Source: Chiloscyllium plagiosum
Lineage: Eukaryota
Assembly (NCBI RefSeq): GCF_004010195.1
Contig: NC_057718.1
Coordinates: forward strand, 92,206,044-92,270,043
Length of the DNA: 64,000 nucleotides
Reading direction: 5' to 3'
In this document: piece after piece, positions 1 through 12,650 of the stretch
How the letters are laid out: every line of letters begins with the position of its first letter
Position numbering within the stretch: the stretch's first letter is position 1
The notes under the pieces: model-generated
What the model saw: the letters and a program-made list of their open reading frames with translations, nothing else
Told to the model about the DNA's origin: nothing
Databases searched by the model: none
Program-made: the position numbers and the translations under genes

Positions 1-10
1 CTGCCTTTAT

Positions 11-138
11 TCCTGATGAAGGGCTTTTGCCCGAAATGACGATTTTACTGCTCCTCGGATGCTGCCTGAACTGCTGTGCTCTTCCAGCACCACTAATCCA
101 GAATCTGGTTTCCAGCATCTGCAGTCATTGTTTTTACC
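11..138 (+). mobile_element. Penelope-like element 3' end/pseudo-LTR (family A) beginning with a hammerhead motif
   Basis: ctgatga-a-gggc-tttt-gccc-gaaa followed by ctcggatgctgcctgaactgctgtgctcttccagcac...ccagcatctgcagtc. The same sequence forms the 3' end of the GIY-YIG-encoding copy at 43561-43690. Confidence 0.85.
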
Positions 139-711
139 TATCCTTATGCAATGCACAGTGAATGCATCCTGATTCTGTGGATTCCTAATTGTAAGGTTGC
201 GTCAATCAGTGCTGGGTGAACTTAAGTTAAATTCAATGTTGTTGTATGAATTGCATTCTGAAAATAAAAAAACATGAAACGAAGGAGATGCATCTCAAGT
301 TCCATTAACTAGTTGTTCAGGGTTATGTCAGATTTTGCAGTTAATTAAGCCTTAGCAAGGGGTAACAGCAGCACTGGGGAAAATATGGGGGATGGAGAGT
401 AAGGCAATTCTTCCCTGGGAGGATGTGAATTAGCAGAGTAAACTGACCACCGCATGTGTTTTCCTTCAAAAGGGTTAGAGGAGAGCAGAGGGAAAGCTTT
501 CCTCCTTGGATACATGCCACAGAGTTGCAAAATTGGGGCTAAAAAGAAAGGAACATGTAGAGAGAGGAAGTAAATCTCTTCTGCCTGGGAGAGAAATAAA
601 TCTGCCCTGAAAATGGAAATCATTGATATGCTGATTCTCCTTTCAAGAAGATGGCGTTTAATTTAGATACATGTGAGGTGCTGTATTTTGGAAAGGCAAA
701 TCAGAGCAGGA

Positions 712-810
712 TTTTGGAAAGGTCAAAAGGGCAGTGCTGTGTTGGAGACTTGGGACTGGGATTAGGTCAGGGGAGGAAAAATGAGGAAACTGGTGAAATC
801 CACATTATTA
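712..810 (-). mobile_element. Short Penelope-like internal fragment nested in CR1
   Basis: ggtcaaaagggcagtgctgtgttggag...gaaactggtgaaatc aligns by eye with 42220-42300 and interrupts the CR1 frame. Confidence 0.7.
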
Positions 811-1190
811 TATACTTATACTTAACGGGAAGGTACTGGGGTGTGTTGCTAAACAAAGAGACCTTGGAGTACAGTTTCAATTGGTTGAAAGTTGAGTCGC
901 AGATAGACAGGGTAGGGAAGAAGGCATTTGTTATGCTTGCCTTTATTGGTCAGTGCATTGAGTGTAGGAGTTGGGAGGTCATATTGTGGCTGTACAGGAC
1001 ATTGGTTCGGCCACTTTTGGAATATTGCATCCAGTTCTGCTCTCCCTGTTGCAGGAAGAATGTTGTAAAACTTGAAAGGGTTCAGAAAAGATTTACAAAC
1101 ATGTTGCCAGGGTTGGAGGGTTTGACCTATAGGGAGAGGCTGTACAGGCTGGGGCTGTTTTCCCTGGAGTTTCGGAGGCTGAGGGGTGAC

Positions 1191-1499
1191 GGGTTGTAAG
1201 TTTGCTTGCTGAGCTGGTGGATTTGTTTGCAGACGTTTCATCATCATGCTAGGTAACATCATAAGTGAACCTCTGGTGAAGCATTGGTGTCCTGTCCCAC
1301 TTGATATTTATCCACCTGTGGTGGGTGATATCATTTCCAGTTCTGTTGCTGAGAGGTTGGTAAATGGATTCCAAATCGATATGTTTGTTAATGGAGTTCT
1401 GGTTTGAATGCCAGGCTTCTAGGAATTCCTGTGCGTGTTTTTTTTTAGCCTGTTCCAGGGTGGGTGTAATCTCCCAGTCAAACTGGTACAAAATCTCAA
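1191..1499 (-). mobile_element. Penelope-like element 3' fragment (family C) with 13-bp TSD
   Basis: gctgaggggtgac is duplicated at 1178-1190 and 1500-1512. The minus frame reads FDWE...AQEFLEAWHSNQNSINKHIDL (GIY-YIG C-terminus), followed by a degenerate hammerhead core at 1232-1265. Confidence 0.85.
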
Positions 1500-1709
1500 G
1501 CTGAGGGGTGACCTTATAGAAGTTTATAAAATCTTGAGAGGCATGGATAGGGTGAATAGTCAAGATCTTTTCCCCAGCGTAGGGGAGTCCAAAACTAGAG
1601 GGCATAGGTTTAAGGTGAGAGGGGAAAGGTTTAAAAGGGACGTGAGGGGCAACTGTTTCATACAGAGGGTGTTGTGTGTGTGTAGAATAAGCTGGCGGAG
1701 GAATGGTGG

Positions 1710-1825
1710 AGACAAAAAGATGCTGGAATCCAAGGTACACACGCAGGAGGCAGGAAGTACATAGCAAGCCAGGCAGCATCAGGAGGTGGAGAAGTCAACT
1801 TTTTTGGTATAACCCTTCTTCAGGA
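1710..1825 (-). mobile_element. Penelope-like pLTR fragment nested in CR1
   Basis: gatgctgga...aggcagcatc...cccttcttcagg is the reverse complement of the pLTR unit. The CR1 sequence aggaa(g)tg(g/c)tggag is repeated imperfectly on both sides. Confidence 0.7.
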
Positions 1826-2139
1826 AGTGCTGGAGGCTGGTACAATTACAATATTTAAAAGGCATCTGGATGGAGAGATGAATAGGAAGGGTTTAGAGGG
1901 ATATGGGCCAAGTGCTGGCAAGTGGGAGTAGGTTAATTTTGGATATCTGGTCAGCATGGCTGAGTCTAAGGATCTGATTCCATGCCGTACACCTCTACGA
2001 CTCCATCAATGAGGGTAAAAACTTTCACGTGCCTTAGTAGCTTCTCTGGTAGAGCACTAGCTTCCAAGAAAGACTTGGTAGTCCGAATCTCAGTCTAAAA
2101 TCTCATGCCAATTTTGCTTTCTTAAACATGTTTTTTTGT

Positions 2140-3430
2140 TGTTGTATCGCGGCTTATTGATTCTGCTGTCCAGTCTGCCGGGTAGATCACCTTGCAGTCA
2201 TGGACTGGAAGCCAGGAATGTGAAAAGCAATTGAGATCGTCAATAGCTGCATTCAGAAAGGTTACAAAGTCCACAGACGAGGCATCCCTACCTTCACGGT
2301 TATGTGACGGTGGGGCTGGGAAAAGCAGGAAAAGATATCAATAAGGGAAAAGATTGAAAAAAAATTGTTCCCTGCACTTCAGATGATTTTCGACTTTGCA
2401 CGTATGATATTGTTTAAGGATTCTTGTCGGAAGTGCGGATGCTATCAGACCGCTCGGTGGTGACAATAGATGGTACCGCAGAAATATTCAATATAAAATA
2501 AAATCATTGTGGAGCAGTACCTTAACATTTTGCGCAACAACGTGGACAAAGCCTCTTTCAGCGCACCCATGAATACATTGAATTTTTCTCTTCCCCCGGA
2601 AGTCATTTATTTTGTCTGCAGACAGCTGCAGAGTTTGGACGTCTCTGGCATTTGCAGCGTACTTGGCATGACTGATGAGGCACCGAGTCTTGCTTGTTCT
2701 AACTAGGGCTCTGCTTTGTTTGCGCTCCAAGTTGCTAAAATAAGCTGGAACAAGAAGCTTATTTGAATCGGTCTGGAGTGAAATTTGAAGTCGCCCCATC
2801 AAATGAGCATGGGATGGCATTATGGTGGGTTTGCGGTTATGCGGCTTCAACTTAGTTCTAGGACTGAGGGTCAGACACACACACACACAATTGCAGAAAT
2901 CGCAAAGACAGTTTAGCCCCCCCCCCCCCTCCTTTCAGGAGCATTCCTGTACCCAAGCATCTATTTTGGAAAAAATTGTGTTCTGAATAATCTACAACAT
3001 TATGAAAAGAAAAAGCTACAGATGCACAATTCTGATTAATTCGAAGGCAACAGAGTTTTTAAAACAAATTTGAACGCACCATAATAGCTGTCAAAAATAC
3101 AGAAACGTGATAAAATATTGATGTGTTTACGTTGATTTTAATAAGTATAGCTTTCTATTAATACCGGCATGTGTAAACATAAGTGAAATAGAAATAAATG
3201 GAACATAATTAACGCGATTCATCAGCATGGCAATAAAATTCACACATTAACCTGACAGATTCTGAGATTTCTCTTCCGTGACAAGTTGTGAAATATGACT
3301 GTCGGTTTTGAAGATCTGCCTGGACGCGAGAAATAAAACATACGGCAGGCTTTGTATTGAGTTTTGAGTTGTCCTGCAGGAAAGCACTGATGAATTATAT
3401 GTCCTGCAAATAGAGTACATAGCGTGTCCT
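2140..3430. promoter_or_regulatory. CpG-retaining unique region (candidate promoter or enhancer)
   Basis: About 27 CpGs by manual count in 2141-2902, against strong CpG depletion elsewhere. No repeat similarity seen. Includes (CA)n at 2875-2889 and C13 at 2917-2929. Confidence 0.5.
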
Positions 3431-5536
3431 CTACCACACAAAATAGCTGCATTGGTATGTACAGTTTTATTTTAATTGAGTGGGGATTGCAACATTTACA
3501 TCTGGGGCAACAAAATGGGCTTTGGCATAAATCACCAGAGTATACCTCAAGGAACCTAGGGGTTCCTACTTCTTTGAAGTGAAAATGACAGCAACTGAGT
3601 AGTGTGTGATGTTTCAGCAGAGAAATATGGACTATTACATCCATCCTGCTCATAAAGACTTGAAATTTTGCACCATGTTTAAGTACTGTTAAGTGGAGGC
3701 TGATATATGTTAGTGTGGTAGCTTCTGTTAGCTTGCAGGCCAACTTGGTTGTTTTGCACTAAAATAGATGATAATGCCTTTACAGCACCCTGAACACTTG
3801 AGGTTCAGTTAAACTGAAGAAAACAAATTGTGTTGTACAGAAAATAACATCCCAGTTCTAATATGACTATTAAATACACCGAAGCATGGCCTGATGTTGT
3901 TTAAATTCAAATTTCTGATGGTCTGAAATTGAGAGAGATGGTATTTTAAACATATCGTGCTCCAACATCTGCAGATTATGATTTGCATGTGGAAATTGGC
4001 TGGTTGAATTGAATGAGGATGAATACTGTCAATCTCCCTTTCTTCATCCAGTTCCTTTAATGAAATGCTAGAGGTCAACCCTTTGTCCTTAAATTAGTTA
4101 CTATATTTTTTCCGGTTACTTTCCGGATATATGAGATGTTATGGAAAGGTCGCCATTAATTCAGCCTTTGTTGAATACAGATATCTAACACTGGTTTTAC
4201 TAAACAGTTTGAAGTAAATTAGCATTTAGGAACTCTCAGTCTGGACCTATTCTGATTATCAAGAATGTATATTTTTTTTTGTCCGTGTGAAGAGAATGCT
4301 CTTCTGCAAGAACGCATTATCTAATGTATTCAGCTTTCTGTTGCTCATTTTTCAGATGAAGCGAGCTTAATTGAGGTTGAGCTTTTAAGTTTGTAGAGCT
4401 CTTCAGCATCTCAGACAAAAAACAACTTGAGTCTTCTCATTTGTCTTGAGTATGTTTTTAGATGTGAAAAAATATTTACATTACTCTCTAAATCAAAAAG
4501 GTGCACTGCAACTATTTTAAATGGAATAATACTAACTGCTGCTACAAAGATGCAGATATAGTCAGATTCAAAGCAAGGATCAAATTCATTACTGCCTAAA
4601 TTGCTTTATTCAAGTGCTTTCATTTAAACATCCTGTGATATTTTTTTGAAGCAATAATCACATTAACATTTTTCAAGCAGATATTTTGGCAAGTAATTAA
4701 CAGTACTGTAGAGGCAGAAAATCTAAGCTGGAGTGTGAAAATGGCTGGCAGGTAGCATTTTATTTATATAAATGTGTTGCTGTTGTCAACCAGATTGTAC
4801 CTCCATCTGCAAGATTTTGTCTCCTTAAAAATGATTGTTTAATGTTTTCAATAAGTAAATGTATTAGGTTTTATTTTTAAACTATTATCAAATCACTGTT
4901 TAAATATTACATTGTGAATGCCTTTAACAGCTGTTTTAGTAGACATTCATGGAATGTATAATCAATGGAGTGAGAGTTTTCAAATATGGAACACCAAAAA
5001 GAAAGAAAGCCTTAATATCATTTCCTTAAGAGCAAATGCACAGTAATGAGATGGTCACTTGATTTTTCCCACTAGGTTGCTGTCAGACACATTTTCATTA
5101 GGTTTTCTCTTACTTTTTTATGCCAAAATTGACAAAATAAGAATATTATTAGTCACCCTCAATAATTAGTCTTGTTACTTTTTGCATCAAAGTTGATCAG
5201 GAGTAATTGATAAATAGGCAACAGTGCAGATCATAGGATCTTGTTTTGTGTGCATGACACGCTGGCCCATTAGTAGACTGATTCAAGCAGCTATGCTGAG
5301 GAAATAAAATAATGTTTGAGGTGTAATAGGCTCGTCAAAATTAATGAGCTTACCCAATAAATAAAATGAATCACCAATCAGTATGATTTGGATAAATATA
5401 ATTTAGAATAATTGCTTGATTGCATTTCTCTTAGCGGGATGATTTGACCACACACAAGGGTTTGGAATTAAGATGTCAAGAAAAGAATTAATTTGGCAAG
5501 AGGGTTATACAATGTCTCCTTTGCTCTTTCTTTCAG

Positions 5537-5729
5537 AATAAAAAGGCAAGGCATCTGAGATGCGGTCTCCTAATTATTAAACAGTGACAGTGAAGATTTA
5601 CTAAGGCATTCTGCCACTCTACCTCTGAAGCGGGTATGTGTCCCCAAATGTACCTGCCCGCAAGATAAAAACAATCCGGCATTGCTCTGAAGTCATGAGC
5701 CTAAACTGTGGGGAAGGTTCAGGCAGAAG
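5537..5729 (+). other. Putative spliced exon (alternative donors after 5633 and 5729); possible ATG at 5695
   Basis: Acceptor ctcctttgctctttctttcag|. Donors CGG|gtatgt and AAG|gtaaat. Lies in unique, CNE-like flanks. Confidence 0.45.
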
Positions 5730-8700
5730 GTAAATTTGCTTTGATCTGCATTACATCTAATTGAGTCACTGGCGATGTCTCTATCCCAACATCAAGAAAT
5801 TTGAAATTGTTAGATTATTTCACTGGGGATTAAACCTAATTTACGCGTGTTCTGCATTAACCTATTAGACAGTCTCATCTGCATTGCTAATGTGGACCAG
5901 ACAGCTGTCAGTGCTAAAGAAAAACATGATCATGCAATCCTTGAATGAATGATTTGAGCTCTGATTAGTGCTTGTGAAGTTAGCTGAACCCCAGTGATAA
6001 GGAAAAGAAATTCCCAAGTTGCCAATAGCTCGAGAAATTATCAGACTGTAGGCAAAACCCTGTACCTCACAGCTCATGGGTTTTAATCCAAGTGCAGCTT
6101 AGAGTGACAATATTTAAAGTGATGAAAATGCAATTGGACCAACTAGGGCAGCGACAGATCTGTGGGAGGACTGAGCAAAGCATTACACTATTACAGTCTA
6201 ATTTCTAATGAACTTTGTCATGTAAATGCTAATAGGTGTTTCTGTAGATATTTTCACATTAAATGGAAAATCAATTTTGGGTTTTAAAATCCATAGATAG
6301 ATTATAACTATTGAGAAAAGACACAAAGCAAGTCTATATCTTTATACATATATAATTTATGTGTGTATTTCTATATACTAAAATGTATTTCCATACATAT
6401 TATTTTAATAAACCTTTTTGCCACTTGATTCTACATTAGAATCAGCAGTCACGGAAAGGTGAGTTTTACAAGCATTAGGCAGGAATGAAATTCTCCACCA
6501 TCATCCTATTTGAGTAAAATGTTAGATTTGTGTTGGCCTTGCTGATCCATCAGTCTTTGTGTACATTGTAACCAGCACTGCTGTAATCCTGAGCTTTTTC
6601 CTTGCTTCTTTCTTGAGGCTGCTGTCAGCTGTAAAAAGTAACAATGACAAGTCCCCATGAGAGGTGAAAATTTAGGGATGGTTTTGGGCTCCCAGTTATA
6701 GAGCTAGTAACCAATTTAATCCTATTAACAGCTCCAAACAATGGCCATTCCCACTGTAATACGGCAGGAATTGGTACTTGGTTTCTTTGGATCAAATCAA
6801 TGTTATCAAATGTGAGTGTGTGTGTTTGTTTGCATGTTTGCACATTTTCAGCCATCTACCAAGACAATAAACCATATAAATCTGAAAGGTTGCACTAATA
6901 GGTCAATATTTATTTGTTGTTTAGACTCCATTATCTGGAAGTAGGACTTGTTGATTGAACAAACTTTACATAGGCGATTTATCTCCCAACTCTTGGGATC
7001 CTGCTGTTCTACTTGTAGGATCAGTACAGAGCACTTGATTCTAGCAAAAGAATTGACATTTGGACAATTTAGAATGAGAGCACTTGTAGTCAAAAAATAG
7101 CATCCCAAGCAGGAAATGGGCATCTTGCTGGCTAAAAGATCAATGGACAATGTCAGTTTCCACTCCCTTCCCTGGACAGGAAATGAAGCAAAATTTCTTA
7201 TAGAACCAGACATGAAGGTAATAGTATTCTCTGCGTCAAAGAATTTCTTGACCATATGTCTGTACAGCTGGACAGAGAAAGAATACTTTTATTATTTCAA
7301 TTACACCCCATGCACTGTTACTGCTGTTGCTGGCCAGCATTGTGTGTTTGTTTTATACGCAGTCTGTGACCTTTTTAATAAATTCAAATGTACTCACTGG
7401 ATTGAAACTAATTGATTTTTTTTGTTTTCATTTACAGAGCAAATTACAGGTTTAATAAGTTGTTTCTCATGTGTATGTAAAATGATAATTTACTGGGTAA
7501 TAATTTGATTACAGATGAAATTAATCCATCTAGCATGTGTCAAGACTTTGATTTCTATAATTCTATAAACTGCTGCAAGGTTATTAACCAGATGAGACTT
7601 AATAAAAAGAGTTTGAATATATAGTCAGGACCATTATTGAAATAGCAATAGATAGTATTATACATTGAAATTATGTATGATTTTTGAAAATAAATTCATG
7701 GATAGAACTGTGCCTTGGTTTCTATACTTTGTTGAGAATGAACCAGTTCTTGCCTCTTAAAGTTAACTCTTCATTCACTGAATACTTGCCTGTGCCTTGT
7801 GTTGCATGCTTATATTTTAAATGAGTGAGAATAATATCAACAACACAACTGGGACCTACAGCTGCCAGCCCATTTACAATGTAAGATTTTTTTTTAAAAG
7901 TACCTGTTTAAAATGCACTCTATCATTATGATGGGATAAATTTCAGGAAGGCATAGGATGCAAATTCACTCTGCCGACCTCTGCTCTTGTCCCCTGGGCT
8001 CCCCCTGTGATTGACAAGAGCCAATGGAAAGCCAGTTACATCTGTGCAAATGGTTCTCAGAATACACCTCCAGCACAAAACCATCATAAACTATAGATTT
8101 TAATGGAATGAAAAAAGAAATCTTTTTTATTCTTACTTACACGATCAGGTTCTGACGGATTACAGAGAAGAAAACATTTCTTTTGATCACTGTGGGACAC
8201 TACAGCTTTAATGCAAATCCTGCCTGTTCAGTGACAATAAATTTGACAGCCTTGCAACCAAACCCCTTCATAAAAATCAAACACTACAAATAATTAATTT
8301 TCATACCTTTTTAATATTGTGATTCTGTTTATTTTTAAAAGCAAAGAATATTGTTGTTTAAACCATGGATGTTCATAACATCGATGAAAGAACCAGTTGG
8401 CAGGAATTATGAAACTCAACAATGTGAAAGAAGCTGAATTAACATCAGTACTATCATTAACCTGGGGTGTTTTAGTGATTGTGTCATTTTAGTGCTGTAA
8501 ATTATTTCAGCTATTTTGTACTCTCAAGCTCAGCCACCCTCATTATGTCATCAGCATTCACTGTTGATACAAAAATTGTTTTAGAAACCAGGACACAAAG
8601 GGAGGGGAGAATGATGCTTAAAGTTAATAATTTTATTTAACAATTTACATTTAATATGCTAATGACCAAATAATCTGTTATGAGTGCTGATGGAGATGGG

Positions 8701-8734
8701 AATATCTCCATTTTAAAACTTCCATTCTTATTTT

Positions 8735-8975
8735 CAAATCAATCTGTGGATTCAATCTTCCCTATCTCTGCTCCCTCTTCCACCTCGACAGCTCCTTCTT
8801 AAACAGATATCTGCATCCCTATAATTCTGGCTTAACCAATTTTAACTGGTCCACCCTGTATAGCAGTGCCTTAAACTGTGAAAGTGCAACTTTCTGGAAT
8901 TTCCTCCCTAAATCTTTCCACTCTGCTAACTCATTAAAACACTTGTAAAATCTACCTGAATAAGTTTCTGTTTCT
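8735..8975 (+). mobile_element. Old L2-type LINE 3' end
   Basis: ttctggaatttcctccctaaatctttccactct...taaaacacttgtaaaatctacc is a degenerate L2 ORF2 end (LWNSLP...FK..LKT.L). Confidence 0.55.
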
Positions 8976-8977
8976 AT

Positions 8978-9922
8978 TTATCATTCATTCACAGAATATG
9001 GGCATTGCTGGCAAGGAAGCATTTATTTTCCATCCCTACTTGCCCTTGGGAACTTGAGGGTGAGCTGCCTTCTTGTACTGCTGCAGTCATTGAGTGTAAT
9101 TACACCTACAGTGCTGTAGCAGAGTGACTTACAGGATGTTGACTTAGTGAAAGTAAAGGGATGGTGAAGGAACACTGACATAGTTCCAAGTCTGGATGGT
9201 GTCTCCCCTCACTTGGGGGAGAGGGGATCTTGCAAGTGGTGGTGTTCCCACGTATTTGCTGCCCTTGCTGTTGTAGGTGGTAGAGATTGCAGGTTTGAAA
9301 GGTGTTGTCTAAGGAGCTTTGGTGAGTGGATGCAGTGCATCTTGTAGATGGTATGCACACTGCTGCCACTGTGTATCGGTGGTGAAGGGAGTGAATATTG
9401 AAGGTGGTAGATGGGGGGCCAGTCAATTGGGGTGCCTTGATATAAACTATGCCAAGCTTCTCGAGTGTTGTTGCAATTATATTCATCTAGGCAAGCAGAG
9501 AGCATCCCATCAAATTCCTGACTTGTGCTTGCAGATAGAGGAAACATTTTAACGAGTCAGACGGTGACTTACTTGTTGCAGAATTCCCAGTCTCTAGTAT
9601 CTACAGCATTGATATGGTTGGTCCAGTTCAGTTACTGGTTAATGTTAACCCCTTGGATGTTGATCGTGGAGTATTCAGCAATGACATGTCACTGTTTGTC
9701 AAGGGCCGATGTTTGGAAATGGTTATTGCCTAACACTTGTGTGGCGTGAGTGTTATTTGCCACATATCAGCCAAAGTTTGAATATTGTCTGGGTGTTGCT
9801 TCATTGTTCTGATTTGCAAATGGTTTTGAATTTAATGCAATCTTTAGTGAAAATACCCACCTCTGACCTTAGATTGGAGAAAAGGTAATTGATGAAGGTG
9901 CTGAAGATAGTTGGGCCCAGTT
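8978..9922 (-). mobile_element. CR1/L2-group LINE (family B) 3' end, clade not determined
   Basis: Minus-strand peptide NIHSLHHRYTVAAVCI...IYKMHC. Homologous to 32430-33130 and 29965-30228. Ends in a (gaat)n tail. Confidence 0.8.
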
Positions 9923-9924
9923 CT

Positions 9925-10165
9925 AATATCTCTTTCTGTGACTTGGTGTCAAATTTTGTTGGATCATACTCCTGTAAAGCACCTTGCAACTTAGTACTAT
10001 AAGAACGTGCTATATAAATGCAAGTTATAGTTGTTGACATATAAACATTAGTCAGAACTCTAAGGAAGAGCTCCCCTGCTGTTCTTTGAACGGTGGCCAT
10101 GGGATTCCTGCTTCAATCTGAGAGGAAAGACAATTTAACATTTCACCCTTCTTCCATGAGTGTTT
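9925..10165 (-). mobile_element. Deu-domain SINE fragment
   Basis: The reverse complement contains atcccatggccaccgttcaaagaacagcaggggagctc, matching the Deu core also seen at 39069-39145. Confidence 0.6.
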
Positions 10166-10208
10166 ACGTAAAAAGCTTTTTGTATATTTTACTATATATC
10201 AATCAAGG

Positions 10209-10434
10209 AGAAAGTGAGGACTGCAGATGCTGGAGATCAGAGCTGAAAATGTGTTGCTGGAAAAGCGCAGCAGGTCAGGCAGCATCCAAGGAGCAGGCTA
10301 ATTGACGTTTCAGGCATAAGCCCTTCTTCAGGCATAAGCCTTCCTGAAGAAGGGCTTATGCACGAAACATCGATTCTCCTGCTTCTTGGATGCTGCCTGA
10401 CCTGCTGCGCATTTCCAGCAACACATTTTCAGCT
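10209..10434. mobile_element. Inverted pair of Penelope-like pLTRs (family A) with 17-bp TSD
   Basis: Arms 10241-10332 and 10343-10434 are near-perfect reverse complements. ctatatatcaatcaagg is repeated at 10192-10208 and 10433-10449. Confidence 0.92.
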
Positions 10435-11529
10435 ATATATCAATCAAGGCCAATTATGATGTGCATGAACAATGAAACTAGCACAAAAAGATAGAATTCC
10501 ATTTTTCCCAGTCTGAAATTCCATTAACTAAATTCTCATCTGGAATTTCATTTGTCTCAATTATCTGCCAAAGAGAACTGCATATTTCACTCTACTGTCC
10601 CCTACATGTACAGCGAGGAGAATGTGCAAATAAGTTTATTTGAACTCCTAATCATCCAATAAACAATTTCCATCATTCAGTTTCTGCAAAAAAAAATGAT
10701 ACCATTGAACAGGTTCTAAGGATTTGAATGACCTGTAATGATTATTTTTCAAAAAAAACAGGATTAGTTTTCTTTTAAAATCAAGTTAGTGTTTGAATTG
10801 GGTGCCAAGCATTGAACAAAGTTAAAACTGTTTGGCATAATAGCAAACTAGAAAGAAATATGATATTTTTGCTACTATTAATGTGATCAGATTACAATTT
10901 TTTATTAGGAAGATTTGTATGCCAGCCAAGCAGGTACTAAATTAATCTTGATTTTAACCTAACTTACCCAGTGAGAAAGAGATAGGGCCGGGTCATTTGT
11001 CTGCATCGCTGCTTATTCAATTTGTTCGTCATTAAAGTTTTCTTTCACTTCATCATTCAAACAGCCTACCATATTCTGAAAATGTTGTGTGATTTGTAGA
11101 AATTGTGGTTAAATCTAATCATTGACTTTATTGTAATACAGTGTTTTGTGCACCACTTGAACTTCATTGGTGATTCTTCAATTTTGTTGGGTTTTATTCC
11201 CAACTCACATTCCGTCATCCAATAGCAAGTATAAAATTTGCTTCTGGTGTGGTAAGGCTCAGGACAATTCATTCTTATGATTCTATCAATGGTACTCCTC
11301 TCCACTTTTTTCACCAAGGCAAGTAGTCTTTGGAAATTTTCTGAAATAGGGTGCCATTTCAGAAAATGTTAATGGGAATTTCTCCTCCTGCCCTCACCAG
11401 CCTGCAATTTTCTTCCTATCCAATTTAATGAACAGAAGGAACTCAAGCTGGCAAGCACAGAGGGAGAGACACTGATTGGCATGCCCTTGCTAAATAACTC
11501 AATTCTATTGTCAAAATTATAATTTTTTT

Positions 11530-12230
11530 TCAGCCTGGTTTCAGTGGTATCACACTTTCCTCTGAGACAGAAGGTCATGGGTTCAAGGTGTACTCCAAAC
11601 ACTTCAGCACATAATCCAGGCTAAGTCTCCAGTGGAGTACCAAGGGAGTACTGCATTGTTGTACTTGCCATTTTTGGATGAGACATTAAAGTGAGATTCT
11701 ATCTACCTTCTCAGGTGCATTTGAAAGAGCATATGACCCCAGAATCCTTCAGCCAACATCGCTAAATGGAAATTATCTGGGCACTACTTTATTGCAGTTA
11801 GTAAGATCTTGTTCTGTTAAAATTGATAATTTAATTTTCCTACATAACAGCAGTGACTTTATTTCAAATGCATTGATTTGGGTGGCAAGGTGGCTTGGTG
11901 GTTAGCAGTACTGCCTCACAGTACCAAGGACCTGGGTTCAATTCCACCCTTAGGTAACTGTGTGGAGCTTTCACATACTCTCTTTGTCTGTCTAGGTTTC
12001 CTCCCATCTAAAGATGGTGGATTGGTCATGCTAAATTGCCTGTGGTGTCCAGCTAGGTGGATTAGCAATGGAAAATGCAGGGTTACAAGGATTGGGTGGG
12101 ATGCTCTTTGGAGGATTGGGATGGGCTGAATGGCCTGCTTCCACCCTGTAGGGAATCTGATTGGCTGTAAACTGTTTTGTGGTACTTTAAGCTCATGAGA
12201 AATATTATGTAAATTTCTTTCTTTCTTCAG
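11530..12230 (+). mobile_element. tRNA-headed Deu-domain SINE (SacSINE1-like) split by an HE1 SINE
   Basis: A/B-box-like tggtttcagtgg and ggttcaagg. Deu core ttggatgagacattaaagtgag...ctcaggtg. The tail resumes after 12160 and ends in (tttc)n. Confidence 0.65.
11880..12160 (+). mobile_element. HE1-type V-SINE, degenerate
   Basis: tRNA head tggcttggtggttagca...gggttcaattcc, partial V core, CR1-like tail. Confidence 0.85.
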
Positions 12231-12234
12231 TCCA

Positions 12235-12582
12235 ATTGGAATTTAGAAGAGTAAGAGGAGACCTTATTGAAACATATAAGGTTCCTAGGAGCTTGACGGG
12301 ATCGATGTGGAGAGGTTGTTTCCCCTTTGAGGGAATCTAGGACCAGTAGGTTTAATTAGGGTAGTAAATTTATTGAATTCTTTACTTCAGAAGGTTGTTT
12401 AGGGTGGGGCATTAGGATTTTCAAGATTGAAGTATACAGGTTTTAATCAGTAAAAGAATCGAGGACTGTGGAGAAAAGGATAGTGGAGTTGAGGATTAGC
12501 AGAATACCAATTATCACACTGAGTGGGAAAGCAGACTCGATGGGCTGAATGGCCTACTATTGCTCTTACATCTTATGGCCTT
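12235..12582 (+). mobile_element. CR1 LINE 3' end
   Basis: EFRRVRGDLIETYK motif and tail gggctgaatggcctact...cttatggcctta. Confidence 0.85.
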
Positions 12583-12650
12583 ACCTCCAAAAGAAGTAGA
12601 TCAATTATATATGGCCTAAGATTTGAGAGTGTTACTAATGCATAACTGTC

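Larger units (their letters stand above)
630..2005 (+). mobile_element. CR1/HER1-type LINE, 3' part of ORF2 and 3' UTR, interrupted by three Penelope-like fragments
   Basis: Translates to CR1 C-terminal motifs: FNLDTCEVLYFG, LYRTLVRPLLEYCIQFCSP, LERVQKRFT, LRGDLIEVYKI, TRGHRFKV. The tail matches the other CR1 copies. Confidence 0.92.

Noticed and set aside
651..1779. Long overlapping ORFs of 109-182 aa
   Set aside because: They are chimeras of CR1 ORF2 and nested Penelope fragments or their antisense frames, not host genes.
6848..7415. 135-aa and 99-aa ORFs in unique DNA
   Set aside because: No recognisable domain or splice context; consistent with random ORFs.
8141..8190. Minus-strand donor gtaagt with nearby AG acceptors
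   Set aside because: Isolated signal with no recognisable peptide; expected by chance.
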